Shown: positions 11,214 through 24,132 of the stretch, piece after piece | Layout of the letters: every line of letters starts with the position of its first letter | Position numbering within the stretch: position 1 is the stretch's first letter | Source of the DNA: Peribolospora baueri | Lineage: Eukaryota | DNA length: 39,186 bases | Direction: 5' to 3' | Assembly (NCBI GenBank): GCA_029717555.1 | Contig: JAMDHS010000132.1 | Span: 1-39,186 of the forward strand | Made by a program: the position numbers and the translations under genes | The notes under the pieces: model-generated | What the model was told of the DNA's origin: nothing | Seen by the model: only the letters and a program-made list of their open reading frames with translations | The model's database searches: none

Positions 11214-11709
11214 TTTCATCTGCCCTCGTCTCGCCCTCGCACCCGCGCTTCCGCTCCACCTCGGCCCGTCCCAAGACGTCGTCCTCGCCATCCTCATCTC
11301 CTCCATCCCATCCCGACCGACGACCGACGACCGACGACCGACCGACGGACTGACTGACCTTCGTCGCCCTTTCGTCGTCCCTCCGTCATCCCCTCTCTTC
11401 CTTCCTCTCCCCCCTCCTCCCTTCCGCCACCCGTGTGTGTACTCTAATCCACCCCCGAGTCCCAACCCCCAACCCCCCATCCCCGGCGATCCCATCCTTC
11501 GCCCCACTCACCTTCCCTTGTCGCCATCCCTCTCACGATCAACGCCCCTCCCCCCCCCCCCACGGACCTGCGCTTCGACAGCCTCGTTTGCCTCCGCCGC
11601 CGTCAAGGAACGCCTACGTCCCTCGCTCTGCTAGTCAGAGTCCTCCTCGCTTCTCCATCTTCGCCTACACATACCGCATATACGCCCCATCTTCTTTCCT
11701 CGACCCACC

Positions 11710-14493
11710 ATGCGTTACACAAGCTCAACGCCCCTCGCCTCCTTCCCTGCCGTCGCCGTTCTCCTTGGCGGCGCTTTCCCACCTGCTCTCGCCAAATCCA
11801 ACCTGCCCGACCGTGGCCAAGAGGCAGGTTTTATCACCTGGCCCGTCTCTGTCAACGGTGCCGACAGCAGGGACCCTAGCCAATTCGGCGATGGCGGCGG
11901 ACTCGACAGCAACCCGCCCACCGCGTTCACCTCGCCCACTCCCGACTTGCCCCTATCGCCGACGCTCACGCCCAGCCCGTCTAGCACTTCGACCGACGTC
12001 ACTTTCACGTCTCTCGCTCAGCCTGGTCCTCCGGCGAACCCCCCGTCTACTGGCGCCCTCCTCGTCAGCGCGCCGTCCAACCTCACCACCTGTGAGCCCA
12101 ACGTCACGCTGCTCTGGCAGTGGCAAGGCGATACCACCGCCGGCGGCACCCAGGTCGGCCTCAGCGCCCGCGTCGTCTCCCTCGGCTCCTTCTCTGCCGT
12201 GGCCACCAAGAGGACCGTCCGCAAGCGCCAATCTCGACAAGCGCGCCACGAGCACATCACTGAACGACGCAGTCAGTTCGCCGACAAGACCGGACACACC
12301 GCTGACCTTCAACCCGGCGACACCGTCACGCTCACAAAGTCCGAATTGATTCAGCCTCTACTCAAGGACGGCACTTGGACGTGGAACATGGTCAATTTGC
12401 CCGTCGGTTCCTATACGCTCCTCGTCGACGCCGTCTCTCACCCCGATATCAGCGGCCAGTCTTCCGTCTTTCAGGTCACTCAGGGCTCCTCGACCTCGTG
12501 CCTCACACGTCCCTCGCCCTCCGCGAGCCCTTCGAGCGCGCCCACCGGCGGCACCACCGGACCGCAGGCCAGCAGCTCTTCCTCCTCCAAGGCTGTCGGT
12601 CCTGGCACCATTGCGGCCGCCGTCATCCTCTCTCTCCTCGGCGTCGTTCTCATCGTCTTCGCCGTCCTCTATTATCGACGTCGCCAAAAGGCCGCCAGGA
12701 GCTCTCTCGTCGAGCGCGGCGGCACCGGGGGCTGGTGGCGACGCGCCAAGGAACAGATGACCGAGGTCCGTCGCAGCAGCACCGATGCCCTTCGGCACGC
12801 CGCCGGTCGTGAGCGCCAAGTCGCCCGCGATGGCACCGAGGTCTCGCCTTGGTACGACACCACCCATCCGGCCAGTCCGACGGTCAGCGAAGGCGACGCC
12901 AGTCCCCTTCCGGAAAACGTCGGTTCCAACCTGCTCTCGCTCCCCGGGCAGCCTTTGCAGAGTCGCTTCAGCACGAGCAGCGTCGGCCACGACATGCCCG
13001 GCTCGGGCTCGCAGATGCGCGAGCGAGACTCCTTCCGCGCCCAGGCGCCGTCGCAGCAGGCCGCGTTGAAGGGAAACAAGTTTGCAGACTTGTTCAACCT
13101 CAGCCCGGCCACCGCCAGCACGTTCGGCGGCACCGTGAGCGTGGCGTCCAGCCGCTCCGCCGCGGAAGAGCAAGACGGGGAGAAGGAGCTGATAATGACC
13201 GACGGCGGCCTCTCCAGGACGCCCTCCACCTTCTCCAACCTCCGCCGCAAGCCGGTGCCCGCAATCGACGGTGCGGCGGCACATGGGCAGGGTCACTCGC
13301 GCGCCGAGTCTTCCGTCATCGACTCTCTTGGCCCCGATCGCTTCTCCCTCGCCCCCTCGGAGCAGACCTGGTCTTCCGGCAGTGCCCATCACAGCGGCTC
13401 GTCGCCCTCCCCGAGTTTCGGCAACCGCACGCCGCGCGCCTCGGCGGCGACGTTGGCGACGATGACGACGTCTGGCTTCACCGCCGGCGTTCCTCCCATC
13501 CCTTCGGTCACTTCTCTCCAGCAAGGCGGCTCGAGGATGAGCTGGCTCGTTGGCGGCATGTCGCGTGACTCGCAGCGCGACTCGAGCAGCCAACCGCCCC
13601 TGTCACCCGGTCTGAGCGCCAGCTCGTTCGATCCGGAGAGGGACAGCTTCAGGATCACCAGGGGCGCGTACGTCGACCTGCGAAGGGACAATTCGCTTCC
13701 CACCCGCTCAGACTCTGCCACCCTCTCCAGCACGCGAACCGTCAGCCCGATGGCCATGACCGAAGCGGAGAACCCGTTCTTGTCGGGCGAAGACAGCGAC
13801 GCCGGTCGCGCCTCTCCTTCTGGCGCTTCGTCCCTCGGCTCGCCTTTTGCGGATCCGCAGCGAGTACGACAGCCGACGGCGACCGGGCGTCCTAGCACCA
13901 GCTCTTCGTCTTCTTTGCTCCCTGATTTTGACTTTGAGACCAACGGGATGGGTTCCCTCTCCGGCTTGTCCACGCCCACCATCGGCGTCCTCGTGCCTCC
14001 CGGAACGGCGGGGCAGCGTGGCATCAACGTTGAGTTTGGCACACCCCTCTCTGCATCGCCCCGTTCCCTCGCACCGCCGACAACAGCCGACGGCGTCTTT
14101 GCCGGTCCACAGGAGCCGCCCACCTCGCCGCTCGCCCCGCGTTCCGAGGTGTCCCGACCATCCCCTTGGTTCTCCCTCGGCGCTGACTCGCCCGTCGCAC
14201 CTACATTCGGCACAAAGTCCAGGCATCGCTCCATGGGTGTCGCTTCTGCCCACACGGACGGCGGGACGACGTGGGATGGCCGCGCGGATAGCGACGACGG
14301 CGACGGCGAAGGCGAAGGTGAGGGAGAGGGAGAGGGAGAGGGAGAGGGAGGTTCAGGAGGAAACGACTACATCAGCAGGTTCAGCCTCGCTGCCAGTACT
14401 TTTAAAGGCAGCATCCACCTCGCCGGGCCGGACAGCCCGCGGTGGCCGTGGGACGGTCAGGATGGAGAGGATGCGAAGAGGAGGAGCGCTTGA
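11710..14493 (+). CDS. Single-pass type I membrane protein: signal peptide, Ser/Thr-rich ectodomain, long disordered Ser/Pro-rich cytoplasmic tail (cell-surface sensor-like)
   Basis: Intronless 927-aa ORF. Hydrophobic leader (AVAVLLGGAFPPALA). Beta-rich module TTCEPNVTLLWQW...TWTWNMVNLPVGSYTL...SSVFQV...TSCL. TM IAAAVILSLLGVVLIVFAVLYY followed by RRRQK. Confidence 0.85.
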   Translation: MRYTSSTPLASFPAVAVLLGGAFPPALAKSNLPDRGQEAGFITWPVSVNGADSRDPSQFGDGGGLDSNPPTAFTSPTPDLPLSPTLTPSPSSTSTDVTFTSLAQPGPPANPPSTGALLVSAPSNLTTCEPNVTLLWQWQGDTTAGGTQVGLSARVVSLGSFSAVATKRTVRKRQSRQARHEHITERRSQFADKTGHTADLQPGDTVTLTKSELIQPLLKDGTWTWNMVNLPVGSYTLLVDAVSHPDISGQSSVFQVTQGSSTSCLTRPSPSASPSSAPTGGTTGPQASSSSSSKAVGPGTIAAAVILSLLGVVLIVFAVLYYRRRQKAARSSLVERGGTGGWWRRAKEQMTEVRRSSTDALRHAAGRERQVARDGTEVSPWYDTTHPASPTVSEGDASPLPENVGSNLLSLPGQPLQSRFSTSSVGHDMPGSGSQMRERDSFRAQAPSQQAALKGNKFADLFNLSPATASTFGGTVSVASSRSAAEEQDGEKELIMTDGGLSRTPSTFSNLRRKPVPAIDGAAAHGQGHSRAESSVIDSLGPDRFSLAPSEQTWSSGSAHHSGSSPSPSFGNRTPRASAATLATMTTSGFTAGVPPIPSVTSLQQGGSRMSWLVGGMSRDSQRDSSSQPPLSPGLSASSFDPERDSFRITRGAYVDLRRDNSLPTRSDSATLSSTRTVSPMAMTEAENPFLSGEDSDAGRASPSGASSLGSPFADPQRVRQPTATGRPSTSSSSSLLPDFDFETNGMGSLSGLSTPTIGVLVPPGTAGQRGINVEFGTPLSASPRSLAPPTTADGVFAGPQEPPTSPLAPRSEVSRPSPWFSLGADSPVAPTFGTKSRHRSMGVASAHTDGGTTWDGRADSDDGDGEGEGEGEGEGEGEGGSGGNDYISRFSLAASTFKGSIHLAGPDSPRWPWDGQDGEDAKRRSA
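14304..14350 (+). repeat. Coding (Gly-Glu)n repeat, mostly (GGAGAG)n
   Basis: Encodes GEGEGEGEGEGEGEG near the C-terminus of the 927-aa ORF. Confidence 0.85.
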
Positions 14494-14500
14494 GCTTCTT

Positions 14501-14555
14501 GTCTCGTCTCGTCTGTCTCGTCTCGTCTGTCTCTTCTCGTCTCGTCTCGCCTCGC
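14501..14555. repeat. Imperfect (GTCTC)n microsatellite just after the stop codon
   Basis: gtctcgtctcgtctgtctcgtctcgtctgtctcttctcgtctcgtctcg. Confidence 0.75.
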
Positions 14556-15459
14556 CTTCTCTTCACCTTCCGTCCTTACGCTCGGGAGCGGCGAACGATG
14601 AAGCGCTCGTGTTGGTTCGATCAAACCTGGTCGGATCGGAGTGAACGAACGACACCGCTCGCTTTCCTTTCAGGGCCCCGTGTCATCCTCTTGTCTCATC
14701 GAGACGTCCGGTCGTCTTTGACCGGCTTGTTCTTCCTTCTTTCTTTCCCCGCTCGTCCTTCCCATCCATGCCCTTCTTTACGATGTGGACCCACATGTCC
14801 ATCTGTTATTTTTCCTTGGCTTTTTTTTTTCTTTTACTCAGGCGCTGTAGCATTTGCTCCACTCTTCCTTCCACCTTCCTTTTTGGGTCGTTTCCTCTTT
14901 CCCTCCTTCCTTCCTTCCTGTCTATATTTCTTTATTCGGCGCTTCGGACGCCACGGAGGGCCTCGCGCATCCGGACGCGGGCTTGCCCTCAAGGCCGCGA
15001 ACCGGTTTCGCTAGGCCTCTTTCTCCATCTCCCTGCCTAGACCGGCTGGGCCCTGACGTCGGAGACGTCTCCCTTCCCTTCCTCGCACCGGCGGCCTAGG
15101 CACGCTGTGTTGTTGTATGTACACACCGGCGGGCGGGGCTGGCGTCGCCCGGCCGCCGTTGCGTGGCCTCGACATTCTGCCCTTGCTCTTGTTTTACGTC
15201 CTTCTATTGTCTTCCCTTCCCTCCCGGCCTTTCATTTTTTTCTCTTTGTCTTTTTGTGGGTTTCTGACGGCGAGATGGATGGGCGTCGGTGATTGATTGG
15301 AATGGAATCCTTGTTCTTGATCACGTCGTCGTCGTTGTCGTCGTAGGTCGCACGCGAGCAAGCACCACTTACACGCAAAAGATGGTCCCAAAAACGGTCA
15401 TTCGTAACTTGAACTCGCGTGAGACTTCTATCCCCACTTCTGCCAGCTCGCTCCCATAA

Positions 15460-15831
15460 ATGTCCGACCAACCGGGCCTTCCACTCTGTACGGTGTACAA
15501 ACACGAGAACCAGGTGGAGGAGAAGATGACAAGCGCCGACAAGAAGGGAGACGAAGGTGAGATGTTCCGGTTGCAGCAAACTTTCCTCCGGGACCAGGCC
15601 GAGCAGCGCCCCCAGGACCGAGAAGAGGCCACGGAGCAACACCAGGCCCTCCTCCGGATCCAGGCCGAGCAACATCGCCAGCTCCTGGAGGCCATCAACG
15701 CGTGGAAGGAGGAAGCGGCTCGCCTTGATGACGACGAACCGCCCGCCAAAGAGCGAGTCGCCGTCACCGCCCGTCAGACCGAACGCGGAGTGGCCCGTGC
15801 GTCCCGCCTGCGCTCACGCTCACAGGGTTAG
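15460..15831 (+). CDS. Hypothetical coiled-coil ORF or gene relic (123 aa)
   Basis: Q/E/R-rich helical segment FRLQQTFLRDQAEQRPQDREEATEQHQALLRIQAEQHRQLLEAINAWKEE with coding-like GC3 bias. An in-frame TAA sits directly before the ATG. Confidence 0.35.
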   Translation: MSDQPGLPLCTVYKHENQVEEKMTSADKKGDEGEMFRLQQTFLRDQAEQRPQDREEATEQHQALLRIQAEQHRQLLEAINAWKEEAARLDDDEPPAKERVAVTARQTERGVARASRLRSRSQG

Positions 15832-15889
15832 GGTTATGAGCACCTGTCCAGTCGAGGTTGGCGAAATTCGCACGGCTACAACCCTAACC
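15824..15889. promoter_or_regulatory. Inverted pair of telomere-like (telo-box / Tbf1-type) motifs upstream of the ribosomal protein gene
   Basis: GGTTAGGGTT at 15826-15835 and its exact reverse complement AACCCTAACC at 15880-15889, 155-220 bp upstream of the RPL42 ATG. Confidence 0.55.
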
Positions 15890-16043
15890 GACCTGCAAAC
15901 GAGGGAGCGTGCTGCGGCGAGGCCCGCTCCACGGCGGGTCGCGGGCCCCTGCGGTGTGGTGGTCGTCGTCGTCGTCCGAGGCCGTCGCGCAACTCTTTCT
16001 CTTTCTTTTTCGCTACCGCCGCCTACCGCAAGTCACCCAAAAA

Positions 16044-16794
16044 ATGGTCAACATTCCCAAGACCCGCCGAACCTATTGCAAGGGCAAGCAGTGCAAGAAG
16101 CACACGTGAGCCGTCCTCCCTTCTCTCTCTCTCTCCCGTTTTTTTCTTTGCCCGCTTCGTATCGTCTCGTCTCGTTGGCCGTTGGATTGGGATGGAGTCG
16201 GGTGGCGGCGTCTCCTGCGCGGATCGATGGCGAGGCGAGGCGAGGCGAAACAAGGAGGGGTGAGAGGTAGAAGGAGACGGCGTCGCTGACCTCCATTCGA
16301 TCCCACGCTGCGTTTGCTTGGTTTCGTACCTAGGCCCCACAAGGTGACCCAGTACAAGAAGGGCAAGGACTCCATCTTCGCCCAGGGTAAGCGCCGTTAC
16401 GACCGAAAGCAGAGCGGTTACGGTGGTCAGACGAAGCCCATCTTCCACAAGAAGGTAAGTGCCGTTCAGGCGATTCCGGTCTCTTACGACAACGACGACG
16501 ATGACGATGACTGGCCGGGCGAATCATTTCTAATCCCTTTCATCATCCCATCCGTTCGAACAGGCAAAGACTACTAAGAAGGTTGTATTGCGTCTCGAGT
16601 GCACCGTCTGCAAGTTCAGGCACCAGCTCGCTCTCAAGCGCTGCAAGCAGTGAGTTTGCCTTTCACTCTGTCTAGCCCGCTCCGTCCGCCTTCATTCATT
16701 CACATCCCTTTTCTCCGTCGTCCCTCTGCCTCTTCTGCACAGCTTCGAGCTCGGCGGTGACAAGAAGACGAAGGGTGCGGCGCTCGTCTTCTAA
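16044..16794 (+). CDS. RPL42: 60S ribosomal protein eL42 (L44/L36a), 106 aa
   Basis: Exons 16044-16105, 16334-16454, 16564-16649, 16743-16794 total 321 nt. [74 protein letters not shown]...[17 protein letters not shown]. Confidence 0.98.
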
Positions 16795-16965
16795 GCATCT
16801 CGTCCTCAGCACCTTCCCTCTGCCATGTATCCAGCCGTCTCGCTATGATATGCATTATGCATCGTCACCTTCTCTCAAATTCGATGTGAAGTGAAGCGAC
16901 GGATGAGAAGCGGAAGCGGGGTGGCGGACGGCGAGGGCTACGTGGTGTAGGCCGGGCGACAGGCT

Positions 16966-17039
16966 AAGATGGGTGCAATAAGGCCCCAGTCGGCCGTGTC
17001 GGCGAAGATGGGTGCGACAAGGCCTCCGTCGGCCGTGTC
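16966..17039. repeat. 35-bp imperfect direct repeat (period 39)
   Basis: 16966-17000 versus 17005-17039, 31/35 identical, between the convergent 3' ends of RPL42 and CNA1. Confidence 0.8.
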
Positions 17040-17623
17040 CTTTCTTCGTCTCCTCTTATCCGGTCATTGTGAATGTCGTTCCAATTCCATAAAGCGTCAT
17101 GCGGTGAGGGCATGAAAACCCCTGGTCCCAGCCAATGGTGGGGAAGAGGGGGAAGGGGAGAGGAGGGGAGATCCTTGCCGTAACCAAGCAAGCGGCGTCT
17201 TCCGCTAGTTACTGGAGGGAGGGGGTCATAGCAGCATCAAAAAAGAGACAAAAGGAAAACGGAGCGATTGGAGGGACGGCGGACGCGTACAAATGTGAGT
17301 GGGGTGGGGTAAGTGGAGACGGGAATGAGACCGACGAAGGGAGGAACCGAACCGGAGCAAGGAAACGACGGCCGGGGGGGAATCATTCGGAAGCGGGAAG
17401 AGAAGGGAGCGGTGAAACGAAATTATATACAAAGAAAGTGTGTGGACGCGGGCAAGGTAGGGGCGGATTGAGAGGACTTGAAGGACGATGAGCGCGGTGT
17501 GGTGCCTCTGCGCGTGGACTGAAAGAGGCAGATCGAAAGGCGCGGCTACGGCCGATCGGGGGGAAGATAAAGAGGGGCAGTGACTCTCGTCTTTGCAGCT
17601 GTCACGACGCTCCAATCGGTCGC

Positions 17624-20531
<2,908 letters not shown>

Positions 20532-21104
20532 GCTGGCGAGCGGGATGAGCACAGGTTCGGCGGGGAGGGTCGAAGACGGCGCTGGTGTGACTAGAAGAGG
20601 GGCGAGGAGAGGTCGTGGAGAGCGGAGACGAGGTTGAGGTGCGGGTCACGGGAAGCGCGTGAGCTGCGGACGATGACGCGGTGCTGGGCGAAAAGAGAAA
20701 GGAGAGGGGGAAAGAGGGTGTTGAGTGGGTGCCTCCTACGACTCCGAACGGGACGAGACAACGGACGATGGAAGGGCGAAGGTCAGAGCGACGACGGACA
20801 CAAGAGCGATGACGACCGGCGGCGACGACGAGAAAGCGAAAGCCGTGCTTTGCGAGCGCGCGACTGGTTCATCCCAGCGCCCCGCCACGGACATGCGCGG
20901 ACATTCGAGGTTATAGCGCCCGCGGTGTAACCCTATCTCCCCTATCTCGGCGCTCGGGCCAGCGGGTTCCATCGACTACGGACGATGCCGAGGGGGACAG
21001 ACAACACCAGACAACACCAGACTGACAACCGTTCCTCACCCGGACATATTGCAAGAGTCCATCCGGCGAGAGACACATCCAGCGCAAACACGCTACCTAC
21101 AGAC

Positions 21105-21192
21105 GTCAAAAGTACAGACCACAGAGTACAACTGAGTACAGAGCACCGACGCACAGACAAGCAAACAGGCACACAGGCACACAGGCACACAG
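21105..21192. repeat. Low-complexity ACAG/GGCACACA tandem repeats just downstream of the copper-fist gene
   Basis: gtacagaccacagagtacaactgagtacagag...aacaggcacacaggcacacaggcacacag. Confidence 0.6.
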
Positions 21193-21201
21193 CGTGCCCT
21201 G

Positions 21202-23755
21202 CTAACCTTCCGCCAACACAATCGCGCCTACGCCCCTCTCCCTCACCGTGCCTGCGCACTTCTCGCACCCTTCGTGTAGAAGCAGCACCGCCCCACCATC
21301 ATCTCGGAGACCCCCGTGATGGTGGTGTAGGTCGATCGCCCCGGCGGTCGCACCGGCGGTGAGAGCGGGCGCAGACACCGTTCCCGCTCCTCCATCGCCC
21401 CCGTTCAGGCCACTGTCCTCCGATGGTGGACCCTGCGATTTAGAGCCCATCGACACAGCCCCCACTTCCGTTCTCGACGGCGATGATCGCACATACCCCT
21501 TCGGATGCAGAGGGTCCAAGAAGTTCAAAAGCTCAGCGTGGTGAACTGCAATGGAATGATTTCCCACATCCGAGTTCGCCACAGCAGCGCCACCGCCGCC
21601 GCCGCTAGTGATCCCGGGCGAGTTCGGTGGTGTTTTGAGGTAGTGCGCCGGTAGCGATCGCAAAAAGGCGGAGATGGCCGGTATCGGCGTCTCGCCCGCT
21701 ACACCTTTCGTTCCTACGCCGCCCAGACCCAGGCCGAGACCGCTGACGATATGTTTGGCGTTGGTGCCCTTGGCTGTATTTGAGTGATGCGAAGACACGC
21801 CATTCCGGTCGTCGCCGTCGCGCCAGACGTCCGCGCCGCCCTCAGCTTCGCCTTTGTCTTCTGGGTTCACGAAAGGCCTCCTCCTCCGACCGTCCTCCGC
21901 GTCGCCAAGCCTCCTCTTCCTGCCTCCTTCTCCCACGTCGGCATTGTCGTTGCTAGACGCGGGACAAGTCGGAATGTCCTCGACCCCGGCTGCGCCCGCC
22001 GGATCGGCGGGCCCGCATTGGCAATTGTCTCCACACACGCACAAGTAGCCGCATGCGCAGCCGTGACCGGAGATCGCCTTGGGAAGTTCGATCATCGGCA
22101 GTCCTCCGGCACTTCCTCTTGACGAACTCGTCGGTGAGGAGGAAGAAGTCGCACCGGACGACCCTGAGCCGCCGTCCGAACTCAGTTCGGGCACGACTGC
22201 CGCCAACGTCGAGGAGGACCGTCCAGCCGTTGGAGAACCACCGGGTACGAAGGCGGAGAGACTATAATTTGCCAAGGACGAGCCAGTGAGAGCCATAAAG
22301 TCGTCCACCGCGCCAATGCCGCTCGGAAGTGTGAGGCCGCCCGCACAAGAGCCACAAGAACCACAGCGGGTAGGGCAGAAATGCGCCGAAGGGACGGACG
22401 CTCGCTCGGTCGGGGAAGAGTGCTCTGCGCACCCGGGACATCCGCACGTCGCTCCGCAGGAACAGCCGCTGGCCACTATGGTGTCACTTGCATCGGCCGC
22501 AGGTGCTGGGCCTGGTGTCGGCGGCGGTGGCAATGAAGACGACGGATAATCTGGAGGCAGCCCCGGCCACCGCGGAGGGTCCGCCTCGTTCGTTCTAGAG
22601 GTGGACAACTGACCGCTCTTTCGCTCGCCACCACAGCAATGTCCAACTCCTCCACCTCCTCCGCCGGCCTTCTTCCTCTGGGTATCCTCTATTCCTGCCT
22701 CTGACGTTGTCATCTTTCCTTTACCCTTGCTGGAGCAGCATGCGCCCACTTTCTCCTTCTTCCACGCCCCCCTCGCCTCCTCGCATCCGAGCTTGCTACC
22801 ATCATCACCCGGGAAGGCTCTCGCACCTAGAGTGCTGCCCAAGCTCGTACAGCAGCTGCCGCTTGAGTTGCACCCCCGGTCGCCACATTGGCATGAGTTG
22901 TCGCCGCACGAGCAAGACATAGAGGCCCCCGAACCACCAGAATGGCCAGGCCGTGTCGTCAACTTGGAAGGTCCGGCCACGCCAGCGCCATCATCGAGAG
23001 GAGAGGGAGAGAAGGGTGTGGCGTCGGAGGAGCAGCAGGTGCAAATGCCGGTAGATTTGCACTTGCACGGGTTCATAAGATTCGCGACTGGATGAGCAGA
23101 AATATGAAGCCATCGTGTCAATTTAATAGGCGGCCGTCCCAGAGTAATGAGAGAGCACCGAGCAAAGAATTATCGGATAGGGAAGTAACGACTCACATTT
23201 ATTTGAGCCCGACTCTGAAGGAGAGGCGTCGCTTTCTTGGGCGTGCCGGGCGAGAATGTCGCTGAGACCGTTGTATATGGTGGAAGGGGGCTCTAAAAGT
23301 GGAGATAGGAAGTGGAACGTTGTAATGTCCAGAGTCAGCGTCGAACCCAAGCAGGTCGAGCGGCAGGACAAACGAAAATGGGTAGAACTGGGCGACAAAG
23401 GTCAGAGATGAGACAGACACGCACCCTTTCTCCCAGACCCTTCACAAATACACTTTACATGTGCCTTGTTAGATTTCCTCCTCTGCCTACATGTCTCGCA
23501 CTGTGTCACCGGCCGCCCCTTGGGCTTGACCTCCTGGAGCAAGCGATCGGTATGGGTGCATGACGAAGAGCGATGGCCCTTTATACACGTCTGGCAAGAG
23601 TACTTCTTGTTGTTAATAAACACCTGAGAGAGAGTAGAGTCAAAAATTAAGGGTTGTGATGACATTTCAGCGGAGAGGAGAAAGTGGGCCGTTGCATTGG
23701 TCAGTGAGGTCGTCGGAGACGGGCGCAAACGCTAGGGCGGGCGGCGCCTCACCAT
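21202..23755 (-). CDS. CUF1: Copper-fist DNA-binding transcription factor (Cuf1/Mac1/Ace1/GRISEA family)
   Basis: ATG-only coding exon 23755-23753. Exon 23623-23425 reads VFINNKKYSCQTCIKGHRSSSCTHTDR...KPKGRPVTQCETCR...HVKCIC. Then a short exon (EPPSTIYNGL...) and a large exon starting NLMNPCKCKSTGICTCC with several Cys clusters including CSCGATCGCPGCAEH. Exact orthology within the family is uncertain. Confidence 0.88.
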
Positions 23756-24132
23756 TCTCACAAGACAAAATAAAGTCGCCGGTAAAACGGGAGGCACCTC
23801 CCGTTTCACTCCAACCTCGCTGCACTACAGATGAATAAATTGCCAAAGAGCTGAGAATATGAGGGGCAGTAAAGACGTGGGGAGACGGTGGTGGTGGTGC
23901 TAGTCGTCAACGACCTCACGGCCCGGGTATGCCATCAGGCACACCCGGTCTGTTGCCGCAGCACGGATATAGGCGGCGGTGAGTTCTCCGTCGACCATCC
24001 ACGATCTTAACAAGGCCAACTCGCACCCGACTAGAGTGCTCTCCTCCCGCATCCGCCCCTTCTCCAGGGTGCTTTCCTCAATCTGCCATCCGTGTCATCC
24101 TTCTAACTCCTCTCCATACGTCTCTTGCAGCC

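Noticed and set aside
11435..14644. Long overlapping and antisense ORFs (e.g. 12358-13593 minus, 411 aa)
   Set aside because: Shadow ORFs expected from high GC and codon bias of the real 11710-14493 gene; Arg/Gly/Ala-rich with no motifs.
16106..16563. snoRNA in RPL42 introns
   Set aside because: No convincing box C/D or H/ACA arrangement visible; content is simple repeats.
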